Of a stretch of 64,000 bases of DNA, positions 45,582-59,738 are shown piece after piece. The notes beneath the pieces are model-generated. The model did not search any database, had not been told where the DNA came from, and was given only the letters and a program-made list of their open reading frames with translations. The first letter of the stretch is position 1. Each line of letters begins with the position of its first letter. The stretch is from positions 282,844,001-282,908,000 of the forward strand of contig OZ024742.1 in assembly GCA_964016885.1 (NCBI GenBank). The letters are read 5' to 3'. The DNA comes from Eledone cirrhosa (taxonomy: Eukaryota). Made by a program: the position numbers and the translations under genes.

Positions 45582-45971
45582 ATACATAAATATATGAGTG
45601 TGTTTGTGTGTGTGTTCATATCTCTCATTGCATATTAGTGAAGAATGTAAACATGTAGAGAGAAAAAACTAGTCATTGGTTTTCTCTTCTGTTGGTCTTC
45701 CTTTCAAACATCAAAGTTCCTCTATATTACAGCTATACTCATATATCAACACACCCACAATCAGTAACATAGTGAACTAGTTTTAATTGGTCTATTAGAA
45801 TGGACCAGTAACCAATGGCAGTGCTGTTATTGCTTACAGCACTACTTCCAAAAACTTTATCCATCTATCTGTCTCTTTTTGTATCTATTTATCTATTTAT
45901 CTGTGTGTGTTGTAAAATGTCTAGGAGTAAAACTACACACATCTACCTATCTATGTATTCATATATATGTA

Positions 45972-46020
<49 letters not shown>

Positions 46021-46123
46021 AAAGGTAAATATATATATATATATATATGTAAAAGGTAAACAGAAATAACAACATAATTGGTACAGTATATGGAAGGGAT
46101 ATATTTATATATATTTGTATATT

Positions 46124-46172
<49 letters not shown>

Positions 46173-46864
46173 ATATTTATATATTCATATATTTATATAT
46201 ATTTATATATTTTTATATATATTTATATATTTATATATATATATATTTTTATATTTATATATATATATTTACATTTATATATATTTATAGTCCCACCCTT
46301 GCAAGCAGGGAAAAGCGGCCATAGAAATGATGATGATGATGATGATATATAATGTTTATATATACAGTAAAAATGAAGAAAAATTCTTATCACACCTATT
46401 TCAACTTACATGTGATTATTGCTGACATAGTTTATTTTTATGCAGTTTGCTGCTATTGTGGTTATTGTTGGTAGTTATGGTGATGGTGTGGTGCTGTGCT
46501 TCCTTTAAGGCACAGAAATCACTCTTCTGAAAAGAAAAAAGAACAGAAACTAGGTTCTGCTTACAGCAGAAGGATAATTTGTTGACACATATACCAGTGA
46601 TGTATGTGTGTATGGAGAAAGATAGATAGATATGTGTCAATGTGTGTGTGTGTGTGTGTGTGTGTCTATTTTATATATTTTATGTATCTACATGCATGTG
46701 TATGTATGTGTAATTATATATATACATTATGTCTCCCAAAAATATATACACACTTCAACAGCATTCTAATAAATATTGCTTGTTCAGGTAATCAAAGTTT
46801 GTATACATTTTTGGGGGACACCCTGTATGTATATATATATATATATGTATAATATATATATATG

Positions 46865-46917
<53 letters not shown>

Positions 46918-47447
46918 CAATATATATATATATATATATATGAAATGTGTGTACTTGTGTGTATATATATGTGTGTGTGTATGTATGAATCTATGTGTAT
47001 GTGTAATCACTGGTTACATTATTATCAACCAAACCATTTCAGTGGTAAAGTCGGTCTCACTAATTAGACCACCTGTAATGAAGGTGTCTCTATATCATCG
47101 TTAATGAGTACAAATTAATGACTTAGCGGGAAATCTTCATTAACAGAATCTACTGTGTACCATGGATTAAGAAATGCACACACACACATACATACACACT
47201 TACATACATATGCACACACACACACTCACATACATATGCACAGACACACATACATATGCATATACACACGCATACATACATACATACATATGCTTGTTCA
47301 AACATCAACAAGACACTGAATCAAGAAGCTCAGTGTAGTGCCTCAGTGAATCATTCTCTTCAAACTGATATACTCCACTTGTATTGTGTACTCTATCTCA
47401 CTTGTACAAACACAAACATGGAAAAGCTAATGTTAAATGATGTTTCG

Positions 47448-47766
47448 AGGTGCGTGACATTGTGGTTAGAGTATTCAGCTCACAATCATAAGGTCGTGAG
47501 TTCAATTCTCAGTGGCGCATTGTGTCCTTGAGTAAGACATTATTTCATGTTGCTCTAGTCCACTCAGCTGGTAAAAATGAGTTGTACCTGTAGTTCGCAT
47601 AGCCAGCCTTGTCATATTCTGTGTCATGCTGAATCTCCCTGAGAACTAAGTTAAGGGTATGAATGTCTGTGGAGTGCTCAGCCACTTACATGTTAATTTC
47701 ATGAGCAGGCTGTTCCATTGATCAGATCAACTGGAACACTCGTCGTCATAACAGACGGAGTGCCAG
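47448..47766 (+). mobile_element. tRNA-derived SINE, GTCCTTGAG-core family with a different 3' tail (tail fragments also at 29030-29240 and about 19120-19200)
   Basis: Head with GAGTTCAATTC; tail GCTGAATCTCCCTGAGAAC...CAACTGGAAC...GACGGAG. Confidence 0.75.
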
Positions 47767-47771
47767 TCTTA

Positions 47772-48154
47772 AATAATTGTTTCTACTTTTGTCACAAGGC
47801 CAGCAATTACCCAGTGTATTACTGATACTTTATTTTATCAACCCCTTAAGGATGAAAGGCAAAGTTAACCTTGGCGAGCTTTGAACTCAGATTATAAAGT
47901 GCCGTAACTCTATGCTGCAAAGCATAGTGTCCGACTCTCTACCGATACTGCCAATTCACCAGTCTTAAATAATTGTTTCTACTTTTGGCACAAGGACACA
48001 AATACCCAGTGTATTACTGGTACTTTATTTTATCGACCCCGTAAGGATGAAAGGCAAAGTTAACATAGGCGGGATTTGAACTCAGAATGGCAAGTGCTGT
48101 AACTCTATGCATCAAAGCATGGTGTCCGACCCTCTACTGATACTGCCAATCCAC
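47772..48154 (-). mobile_element. Two tandem Nin-like SINE copies
   Basis: Reverse-complement core twice; CCAGTCTTAAATAATTG repeated at 47763 and 47959. Confidence 0.85.
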
Positions 48155-49735
48155 CTGTTTAATGTATGTTCTCTATGCTTGCTTGGATTAGACAGACTGC
48201 CACATACTGTGGCAAGACTAATCAAGTGACGTCTTGCACGTACACTGCGTTTTTTTACATGATTTCCACAGCTGGATGCCCTTCCTAATTCCAACCACTT
48301 TACAGTGTGTAGTAAGAGCATTTCATTTTTAGTATTTCATTCTAAATATACAAGATAGTTACATACACTTGGTCTTCTTCTCATGTTGTTTCTGCAACAA
48401 TGTCTATGAATACATCATACCATGACTATGATGATGAAAACAAAGACCTTTCACTATAGTAGTTGACATATTCTTGTATAAGGGAAGAAATCATATAAAA
48501 ATTATTTTGTTTCCTACTTTTTCTCTCTGACAGTTATCATTATAAGTGACTGAAGATGTTATGTCATTTATGCAATTAGTTTTAAATATTTCCTGCTGTT
48601 TCCTTCATATCAATTGACAAAACCGTTTCTGTATGTTGTACATCCTCAGTATGGAGTAATGGAATAGTAGTTTTGTCAATTATTATTATCATCATAAATA
48701 AGTCTGCTTTCTATGCTGGCATGGTTTTAAAATGTTATTATTAAATTACATTATCTATGTAAATAACTTCATTTTAAATCAGAAGAATAGATTCAAAGAA
48801 AGCTGGAATAAGAAAATAAAAAACAAATTATGTTAGGACACACAGTTTTGGAGATAACTAGAATATATAATACAAGATTTTATACAAGCGTAGAGTTTAA
48901 ATAGTTTATTCAAGGAGCTGTAAGGTGTTTGTGGCATCAAAGTATTTCTATATACTTGAAATATATGTGTTTGTGTACATGCGCTTATCTATTAATACTT
49001 AGTATATCCCATATGTGTGTAAATGTGCAAATATATATATATATATATATATAGCGCATACACACATATATACATGCATATTGTACATTTGTATACATAC
49101 ATGTAACTTTAGAATAATCATAGATGTAATAGCATACACACACATATACATGTATGCCTACATACATATAACTTTATAATATACGTAAATGTATGTGTAG
49201 GTATGTATAATTTTATTATATATATATAGCATACACACATATATATGTGCATGTCGTACATACATATATATATAGATGTATGTGTAGGTATGTATAATTT
49301 TATTATATCTATATATGTATATACATACATCCACTACACACACATACAACCAAATCTATTAATTTCCTTCACTAATCTAATTAATCTCTATTTATAGAAC
49401 AACCATCTTGTTTCAATTAATGTCACCTTTTTAGTGTTTTTTGTTCTTGTTATTTTTAGTTTTTTGTTTACTATAGATTTTTTTATTGCTCTTTATTGAG
49501 ATTTTCTCATTTAAGCGTAATGTGATGTGTGTATATTAATGTATGGATGCATGGCTTGATGGATATGTGTATGTATGTATGTATTTGCTTTTGTATATTT
49601 GTGTTTGTATATTTGTGTAATGTGTGTACTTACACACAAATCTTCTTACATTCATATGTCTGTAAGTATCTATGTATGGTTTTCTATGAAATTTATTTAA
49701 GTTCCTTTTATTGTATTTCATAGCGGTCACTAGGT

Positions 49736-50426
49736 TTAACCCTTCTATGGCCATATTTCTACTGAAAAATACTGCCTATGATGTTCAAATAATTTTGAAA
49801 ATATCAAGAATTTTGAGGGATTTTATAATATAATTAAGTTTCACTTTCTATTAAGTTGATGTATGGCATTGGATTGGCAGAGTCATTAAAACATCAGACA
49901 AATGTGTAGCAGTATTTGATCTGGCTCTTTACATTTTGAGTTCAAATCCTACCCAAAACAACTTTGCTTTTCTACATTCCGAGGCTGATATCATTGACTT
50001 TCCCCTTCCCAGAATTGCTGGCTTTGTACCTAAATTAGAAACCATTATAAAGCTAGTATTTGGAGCCTAGTTTAAACCTTTAGCATTTAAATCAGCCATA
50101 TCTGGCCAGAATTCTCTCATCTCTTTCTGTTCAAACTGACTGTAACTGACTGGCCACTTATATTCATGTTAAGGTATTATTCTCAAAATAAATAATATCA
50201 AAATCTTGTAGATTTGATATTATGTGACATAATTAAGTGAGGTAAAATGTTTACCATGAAAATACAATAGTAAATATAGAGTAATGTAATTGTTAAAGGG
50301 TTAATGAAGATTCTTGTATAAGAATTTTGGTAAAAGGTTTGGGAAAAATATAAACACTTTAAAACAAAGAGTTTTGTACCATAGAACCCAGAGTAGTTTT
50401 AGGCAGTTTGGTATTAGAATTGTTAA
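49736..50426. mobile_element. Nested cluster: TTAA-ended MITE containing a Nin-like SINE (about 49868-50045) and a second TTAA MITE (50072-50304)
   Basis: Outer ends TTAACCCTT...TTGTTAA; inner ends TTAAACCTTTAGCATT...AATTGTTAAAGGGTTAA. Confidence 0.55.
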
Positions 50427-50864
50427 GGCTGCAGATAGACATTAATCTAGTCGGTCATTGTCTTTGTAGTTCTTGCAAGAACTTCTTATTTTGATCATTT
50501 ATCTCTAATGATTTCCCCTTAGTGTTAAAACTGCAACATACATTATCTTGAAATTCTGTCCTTGTACAGAGATGTCCATGTGGTATTTGTCATGAGATTG
50601 GGTTCAGTTCCCACCCTCAGGCCACCAACAGTGATTTCTCTTTCAAATTTGGTGGCGCCTCAATTAAGGTTTTTCTTTTACTATGTTTGACCAATTGTCA
50701 ATCTTCCTCACTTTCTGTCAATCAATTAATGGTGTAAAGCTGAAGGCTGGAAAGGTGGCAAGCATACATTCTGCCTTCCTAATGCACTAGATGCATCATA
50801 GCAACCATTTGCATGCACGCTCGCACGTGAGTGTGTATGTGTGTATGATATGTATTTATATATA

Positions 50865-50913
<49 letters not shown>

Positions 50914-50999
50914 TATAATGAGTTTCTGTCCTTAGCCACTCGCTGTCAAAAAGGTAAGAGCTCAGCCGTGGAACAGAAACTCATTATAATATGTCAGAA

Positions 51000-51460
51000 G
51001 CAACCATCTCCAATTTATCCAGCTGGATCTCCAAACGAGACCAGCCAAGCTCATGGATGTTATCCAACCATCTTGCTCAATTCTGCCCTTAAAATCTCTC
51101 CAGCGATTCTTTCCTGAGACATTCTAGCCACTTTCCTGTAATATCAGATTTGTGATCTACCCAGAGTGACTCTATGATCTCTGAGCTACATATTCTATCA
51201 AGTAACATTACTTCAAGACCCCTTATTGGCTGCTCGTATCTGTGATTGTATTCTCTCGGTCGTTACCCAAGATTCATGACCATAGGTAAGGATTATCACA
51301 AATACCGAATTGAAGATAGCCAGTTTGACTTTTATACCTGATTTACCAAATGCTGAAGCTGGCACATTACTGCACCAGCTCCTGCAATTCTTGCACTTAA
51401 TTCAGCCTTGTGCCTTCCATCACCCCTGAACATGGCCCTGAGATGTTTGAACTTCTCCAC
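51000..51460 (-). pseudogene. RTE-clade LINE ORF2 fragment (end of RT and C-terminal region), decayed
   Basis: Minus-strand translations VEKFKHLRAMFRGDGRHKAELSARIAGAGAVM, KLAIFNSVFVIILTYGHESWVTTERIQSQIRAA, LLDRICSSEIIESL, RWLDNIHELGWSRLEI are typical RTE (Rex3/Expander-like) motifs. Confidence 0.85.
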
Positions 51461-51464
51461 CGTC

Positions 51465-51558
51465 TTCAGTGCTGCATGGCTGGAATGAAATTAAGTGCTG
51501 CGAAGACAGAGACACTCATCCTCTCTAGAAAGTGTGCGCAGTGCACTCTACATGTGAA
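51465..51558 (+). pseudogene. Inverted 5' piece of the same RTE LINE
   Basis: QCCMAGMKLSAAKTETLILSRKCAQCTLHVN is the RT segment that normally just precedes 'VEEFKYLG'. Confidence 0.75.
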
Positions 51559-51581
51559 TATATATATATATATATATATAT

Positions 51582-51924
51582 GGAGGCACATGGCTTAGTG
51601 GTTAGAGCTTGGCCTTGCAATCGAAAGGTTGTGAGTTCAATTCTCAAACCGGGTGATGTGTTGTTTCCTTGAGCAAGACACTTTATTTCACATTGCTCCA
51701 GTTTAGTCAGCTGTAGAAATGAGATGATAGGGACTGGGGTCCCTATCATTCCACTGCAAAGTGGTCGTGTAGGTGCCACAGCAAAAAAGCACCCAGCACT
51801 CACTGTAAATGAGGTTGGTGTTAGGAAGGGCATCCAGCTGTAGAATTCAAGCCAGAATCAGTTCCCGTCCCACCCTTGCAAGCAGGGAAAAAGCGGACGT
51901 AAAATGAAATGATGATGATGATGA

Positions 51925-51927
<3 letters not shown>
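51582..51927 (+). mobile_element. Full-length tRNA-derived SINE with RTE-like tail
   Basis: A/B boxes, CCTTGAGCAAGACACTT core, AAAGCGGACGTAAAATGA(TGA)n tail, in (TA)n. Confidence 0.88.
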
Positions 51928-51979
<52 letters not shown>

Positions 51980-52103
51980 CATATATCTGTATATATACAT
52001 ACATATATCTGTATGTTTGTATGTCTGCATATGTACAGATATATATGTGTACATATGTGTACACATGTACACTAGCCAAAAGAACAGAAGTTAAACAGCG
52101 ATG

Positions 52104-52145
<42 letters not shown>

Positions 52146-52147
<2 letters not shown>

Positions 52148-52415
52148 ACACCTATGTGTTATGTATATGTATACACCTATGTGTTATGTGTGTGTGTACA
52201 CCTATGTGTTGTGTGTGTGTGTGTGTGTATATCTATGTGTTATGTATGTGTGTATACCTATGTGTTATGTGTGTGTGTATACCTATGTGTTATGTGTGTG
52301 TGTATACCTATGTGTTATGTGTGTGTCTATACCTATGTGTTATGTGTGTGTGTATACCTATGTGTTATGTGTGTGTGTATACCTATGTGTTATGTGTGTG
52401 TGTATACCTATGTGT
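52146..52415. repeat. Roughly 24-bp minisatellite TATACCTATGTGTTA(TG)n
   Basis: About 11 units. Confidence 0.9.
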
Positions 52416-52954
52416 ATTCAGTTTGACAAATGGGAAAATAAAGACAAACAACAGGAAACCCTCACCCTTGCCTCGGCACACCCCATACGCACATACACAC
52501 ACACACACACATACACACATACATACACACATACACACACACGCATACACACATACACACACGCATACACACACACACACATACACACACACGCATACAT
52601 ACACACAGTAGTTGGTGGCTTTGTAGTTTGTTTTGTTTTTGTTATCATCATTTATATTATTGATGTCGAGGTGAGAGAGGTGTTATTTTTGTTGTTGTTA
52701 CTGTTGTTGTTATTTTTATTGTTATCTAAATGATTTATTTATTTTACTCCAATTACCACAATTATTTCCTCCATTTTGTTTTATTGTTTTTCTTTTATTT
52801 GTTTTGTTTATAAATTTGTTCATTTATTTTCTTTATTATTGTTATTGTTATTGTTTTTCTTGTTTGCTTTCTAATTTGTATGTGATTATTTCTTTTGTGT
52901 TATTTGTATTGATTCTTTGTGTATATATGCATGTATGTATACATTTATATTTGC

Positions 52955-52956
52955 CT

Positions 52957-53047
<91 letters not shown>

Positions 53048-53111
53048 TATACATAGGCAAATATAAATATAAATACAGACAGACACACATACATATATGT
53101 ATATATACATA

Positions 53112-53172
<61 letters not shown>

Positions 53173-53199
53173 GTGTGTGCATGTGTCTGTCTGTGTATT

Positions 53200-53233
<34 letters not shown>

Positions 53234-53471
53234 CTTGCATCATCATCATTTTACCTCTATTTTTCCTGCTAGTAAAGCTTATATGTTTATGTATGTGTGT
53301 GTGTATCTATATATATATATGCTCTTATGTATTTCTGTGTGTGTATGTGTATATATGTATATATATATATGTGTATATATATGTATATATATATATATAT
53401 GTATGTATATATATATATATGTATATATATGTATATATATATATGTGTGTGTGTGTATGTGTGTATATATG

Positions 53472-53506
<35 letters not shown>

Positions 53507-53525
53507 GTGTGTGTGTGTATATTTG

Positions 53526-53576
<51 letters not shown>

Positions 53577-53649
53577 ATATATGTATATATATGTATATAT
53601 ATATATATATGTATATATATATGTGTGTGTGTGTATGTGTGTATATATG

Positions 53650-53728
<79 letters not shown>

Positions 53729-53735
53729 ATATATG

Positions 53736-53770
<35 letters not shown>

Positions 53771-53789
53771 GTGTGTGTGTGTATATTTG

Positions 53790-53864
<75 letters not shown>

Positions 53865-53905
53865 ATATATGTATATATATATACATATATATACATATAT
53901 GTGTG
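52955..53905. repeat. Compound (TA)/(TG) microsatellite
   Basis: Direct reading. Confidence 0.95.
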
Positions 53906-54087
53906 TGCTTTTATATGTTGGTGTGTTTCTTTTACATTCATTTATTTATTTTTATTTTTGTTTTATTTTGTTTATTTGTGTTTAAGTTTAATTTATTTAT
54001 ATATTGTTGTTATTTTATTCATTATTTCCCTTGTGTGTCCTGCCATCCCATTTAATCGTTAGGTAATGGTGTTTATAATGATTTGGT

Positions 54088-54127
<40 letters not shown>

Positions 54128-54429
54128 AACAATTTCTTCTACCCCTCCACTCCCTGCTGCCTGTGTATCCTTGTATATTATGTTTTTGTGCGTTTGCCAT
54201 TCCACCTCACTGCCAGCAGTATTGTGTCGAGAGAGTTAGTTGCAAGTAATTTGCATATTGTTATTTTCACAACATGTAAATTACTATTGCAATTAGTAAA
54301 AGAACCACAACAATAACAATAGCAGCAGCAACAATTGGCACATACAGCATTTCCACCCTCACACAGTTGCAACTCCTACCACCACCAACATCACCACAAT
54401 CATCAATACAACTATCACCAATACTGCCA

Positions 54430-54536
54430 CCAACACCACCATCAACACCACCATCAACATCACCATCAACACCACCATCAACACCACCATCAACACCACC
54501 ATCAACACCACCATCAACACCACCATCAACACCAAC
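54430..54536. repeat. 12-bp repeat CAACACCACCAT
   Basis: About 9 units. Confidence 0.9.
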
Positions 54537-56603
54537 AATGCCCTTGTCACAAACACCACTATCAGTAAAAACATCATTATCTCCAGCACCATTTTCACTA
54601 ATACCACTATAACAAGCCGCAACACCCCCTTCACTAATACCAGTAACACCAACACCAATACCAACTCTTTCTTCACTAATACCACTATCACCAACAATTC
54701 CACCAACACCACTATTACTAATGCAACTATAACCAAGACCATGACCACTAACATATGGTCACCAACAATGGCACCAACTCCTCTGTCAATAACACAACTA
54801 TACCCAACACCATCACAACCAAATCCTTTATCACTATCACCAACACCTTGAATCACTAATGCCATTATTACCAGCACTACCAGTAACACCATCAGCAATG
54901 CTATCTCCACTATGACTACCAACATCATTATACCATTATAACAAACCCCAATAATATCACAATTACCTGTACAATCACAACACTTGTCACCATCCAGTTT
55001 CTATATCTAAAACAACCTGAGGTGATCACAGCTGAACTGTCTTTTATCATTGGTCTGCTAAACAACTAGGTTAACTTCCAGCAGTTGTTGGTACCTGCTT
55101 TCAGACGAGAGTAGACAGGAGCAATGGGAAAGGAAGTGCCTTGCTCAAGGACACAACACACACTGTCCAGTCTAGAGATCAAACTCATGACATTACACTC
55201 ATGAGACCAACATTCTACAGTGAAAAATGCCATAACTCTTTCATTACCATATTTTCAATGAAAGATATTGCTTATGATTTTCAGATAATTTTGAAAATAA
55301 TCAACTATGTCGAGGGATTTAGTAATATTAAGTGACTTTTGCATGACTAAGTTGATAATTGGACCATATTTCTAATAAGATAACTCTATTTCAATTAATT
55401 GATAACGAATTCTCATTGATTTACTACAATTTATTATCTCATACAATTATTATAACTTAGTAGCTTAACATATGGTTCATATATAAAATTACGTTGGGAG
55501 ATTTTAATTTAAATGAGAATCCTTTAAAGTGGACAGTTTTTGTTTTATATCACTAAAGCTAGTTTAGTGTGGGCTGGTATCAAAAGACTTTTACATAAAA
55601 TTATGATAGGTTTCATCATCATCATCAGCATTTAACATCCATTTTCTATGCTAGCATGGGCAGGACGAGCTGTCCCTTTGTAAAAGATCAGGTCGGAGGA
55701 CCATGTTTCGCACACACAAAACTGATTTTGGCTTGTTTCCTATGGCTGGATGCCCTTCCATGGATAAATATGCAGACATTAAAATAAACAGTTTAGTATC
55801 ATAGAATCAGGAGTGGTTTCAGGTGATGTGGTATCAGAAAGGTTAACACGTGCTTTTTATTGGAGTTTTTAATGATATAAAATATCTTAAATTCAACAAT
55901 TGTCAAGATTTGAACTTGAAGCAAAATGGAGGTAAGATAGGGTTAAAATGAGGATGTGGTGAGACAAGGAGGAAGGGGAGCAATCTAGGCACTCTAAGTA
56001 AATAAGTACACAATTCTTCTGCAATTTGCTGCAACTGCAACCAGCAGGCATGCTACAGCTCTTTTGCTGCAGTATAGAAGTTAGTATACTATTGTTATCT
56101 TTAACTATCATCATCATCATAGTTGCTGCTGTTATCATCATCATCATCATCATCATCACTACCCCCATCATAAGCATTTATCATCTTCCTTATCGCCATC
56201 CTCATTGTCATGATGATGATGATGATGATAATAATAATAATGCCCATCGTTAACATCTCTGTTGTTAATGGTCGTTCAGTGACCTTACTTCAAGATAATC
56301 GAGGGTTTTCAGTTAACTGTAAGCCAACATGGTTGATGGTGGTGGTAGTGTACTGGATAGTGTTATATATTCCTCAATTGCCCACTGAAGTTTACTACCA
56401 CCACCACCTCCATGACCACCACTTTCCCTTCATTGCTGCCATTTCTTCTTCTTCACCACTCTCCTTTTGCTCACTGTTTGTAGCTGCAACTGGCACGAGA
56501 TGATAATTACCCTCACCTCTCTCTCTCTCTCTCTCTCCCCATCTATTTATGATACATATTTCCCTACAAAAGTTCCATCACAAAGCTGCAACATAATGCT
56601 GTA

Positions 56604-56686
<83 letters not shown>

Positions 56687-57020
56687 ATATATATATATAT
56701 CACTTTAACTATCAATATCTCCATCTCCACAAGCTTCCCTACCATCACCACCATCTTGCACTATACAGTGATATAATGTTATATTCTTTCTACAACTGCA
56801 ATAGACAGATCTGTGAAAAAGTCTGTTATTATGTATTATGAACTCACCAGAAATATCATTTCTTTTACATAACCTCTATTTCACTGTTTCATTTGTTTGT
56901 TTGTCCATATTTTCCAATAATAATCATCTGTGAAGGTGTGTGGCTCAGTCGTTAAGATGTTGGACTCACAATCATAATGACAAGATTTTGATTTCCTAGA
57001 GCAGGCACCACATTGTGTCC

Positions 57021-57249
57021 TTAACCCTTCAGTATTTACATTTCTCTATATATACTATTGTATTTTCATGGTAAAAGCTTTACCTTACATAATTATCTCA
57101 CACAATATCGAATCTACGAGATTTTGATGTCATTTATTTTGAGAACAATACCTTAACATCAGTATGAGTGGCCAGTTACAGCCAGTTTGAACAAAAAGAG
57201 GTGAGAGAATTCTGACTAGATACAGCCGGTTTAAATGCTAAAGTGTTAA
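57021..57249. mobile_element. piggyBac-type MITE inserted at TTAA inside a SINE (sister at 58522-58749)
   Basis: TTAA-CCCTTCAGTATTTA ... TAAATGCTAAAGTG-TTAA; the host SINE core GTCC|TTAA|GCAAGA is split at the duplicated TTAA. Confidence 0.75.
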
Positions 57250-57704
57250 GCAAGATATTTAATTTCACATTACTCCACTTCATTCAACTGGAAAAAAATC
57301 AGTTGCAACAACATTAGTGACAAACTATATCAGCCTTTGCCTTTCCCTTGGACAACATTTAGTGGGATGGAAACGAAAGACTAATGTGCCTGGGAAACTG
57401 CCAGTCTTCAACAAAAGCACCTTGCCTGAAGAGGAACTCTCCTGGTACAACATGATCCGTCATAACTAAAGGAGGTCTTTACTAATCATAATCAGCATAA
57501 TTGTCATCAACCATTTGTGTCCACTTTCCATACTGATATGTATCAGATGGATGGACATATTTTGAGATTGGAAGGGCTGAAGAATGTTGTCTCTTACTCA
57601 TATATTCCATTTTTGACATGGTTTTTATGCCTGGTTCGATGCCCTTACTAATGCTACCTACTTTACTAGGTGCATTTTGTAAATAAATATGTAATAATAA
57701 TAAT

Positions 57705-58290
57705 AATTGTTTCTAATTTTGGCACAAGATCAGCAATTACCCATTGCATTACTGGTACTTTATTTTATCGACCCCGTAAGGATGGGATGAAAGGCAAAGT
57801 TAACTTCGGCGGGATTTGAACTCAGAATGGCAAGGGCCGAAACTCTCTGAGTCAAAGCATGGCATCCGATCCTCTACCGATACTGCCAATCCACCGCCTT
57901 GTAATAATAATAATAATAATAATGGTTTCTAATTTAGGCACAAGGACAACAATTTTTGGGGGAGGGGAAAGTTGATTAAATCAACCCTTTAAGGATGAAA
58001 GGTAAAGCTAACCCTGGCAGAATTTGAACTCGGAATGTAAAGGCTCGTAACTCTATGTCATCAAGCAGTGTCCGATGCTCTACCGATACTGCCAATTCAC
58101 CACTTAATAATAAGAACAACAACAATAACAAAAACAGCAGTTTCTAACATAGGCATAAAGCTAGAAATTTTGAGGGGAGTGTCAGTCGATTAGACTGTCT
58201 CTAAACACTGGTACTTTATTTTATTGACCCCAGAAGAAAGAAATTTCATTAAGCATTTTGTCTGATACTCCAACAATTCTGCCAATGTAC
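57705..58290 (-). mobile_element. Cluster of three Nin-like SINE copies of differing age
   Basis: 57705-57898, 57922-58101 and about 58140-58290. Confidence 0.8.
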
Positions 58291-58386
58291 TGCCACAAAG
58301 GCAACAGATAGGAAACACTTCAAAGATGAATTACCAAGACAATGAACCAATAAGGTCGCACAACCTAGTAGAAATGATAACCAGAT

Positions 58387-58538
58387 AGATCTCCTTTACA
58401 TCACACCTTAACCCTTTAGCATTCAGATCTCCTTTACATCACACCTTAACCCTTTAGCATTCAGATCTCCTTTACATCACACCTTAACCCTTTAGCATTC
58501 AGATCTCCTTTACATCACACCTTAACCCTTTAGCATTC
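58387..58538. repeat. 38-bp tandem repeat, 4 copies, spanning a MITE terminus
   Basis: Unit AGATCTCCTTTACATCACACCTTAACCCTTTAGCATTC. Confidence 0.95.
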
Positions 58539-59344
58539 ACATTACTCTATATTTACTATTGTATTTTCACAGAAAAGGCTTTATCTCACATACTATCAAA
58601 TCTACGAGATTTTGATATTAGATATTTTGATATTTATTTTGAGAACAATACCTTAACATCAGTATGAGAGGCTGGTTATGACCAGTTTCAACGGAAAGAG
58701 GGGAGAGAATTCTGGCTGAATACAGCTGGTTTAAATGTTAAAGAGTCAAATATGTTTTTAAGGAAAATGTAACTAATCATCACCACCAATATCACCATCA
58801 ATATTACATCCGTCATCATCACCACCACCATCATCAATATTACATCCGTCATCATCACCACCATCATAAATATTACATCCATCATCATCACCACCACCAC
58901 CACCATCATTACCATCAGGAGAGTCATCACCATCACCATCACTATTTACATCACCATCATATCACTACCATCCTAATCACTATTACCATCATCATCATAG
59001 CCATCATCATCATAATCATGTTAATTACTCATATTCCTATCATTTGATGTGTCAACTATTTACTTTATTGTCACAAAGTTGTCAGGCTTAGCACAAGAAA
59101 GTATCTATATAAATGTGTGTGTGTATATATAAATATGTGTGTGTGTATATATATATATATATATAATATTAAGGATACTATTTATAGCTATGTATATTTT
59201 AAACTATAAACAACTATAAACAGAGAAGGTCAGTAATTTATTATTACCTTATTACCAGTAAGATAAATAGTTCAGTGTAAGAACATCAGTTGTTTTACAG
59301 AGCAGTAAGTAGGAGGTAAATTATATATGTACAATCATTAAAAA

Positions 59345-59391
59345 TGCTCTGAAGATTGCAAGCTTATGTTTGGAAGAAACAATTGTCAGCA
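59345..59391 (+). ncRNA. Type I hammerhead ribozyme motif with GUC site
   Basis: UGCU-CUGAAGA-[UUgCAAGC UUAU GUUUGgAA]-GAAA-C AAUU G-UC/AGCA; palindromic stem III ACAAUUGU. Confidence 0.75.
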
Positions 59392-59488
59392 GATAAATGT
59401 TTTGAACATAGCTTTGATTTGTGAATTCAATATATATATATATATATGTATATATTTGTGTATATATGTAAGTGTGTGTGTGTGTATA

Positions 59489-59548
<60 letters not shown>

Positions 59549-59551
59549 ATG

Positions 59552-59738
59552 TAATTGTTTCTACTTTTCGCACCAGGCCAGTAATTACCCAGTGCATTAC
59601 TGGTACTTTATTTTATCGACCCCCGTAAGGATGAAAGGCAAAGTTAATCTCGGCGGGATTTGAACTCAGAATGGCAAGGGCCGAAACTCTATGCATCAAA
59701 GAATGGCGTCCGACCCTCTACCGATACTGCCAATCCAC
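59552..59738 (-). mobile_element. Nin-like SINE
   Basis: Reverse complement of family head, B-box and core. Confidence 0.85.

Noticed and set aside
54359-54928. Mucin-like or Val/Leu-rich ORF
   Set aside because: Decayed (CAC/CAA/CAT) low-complexity tract typical of this genome
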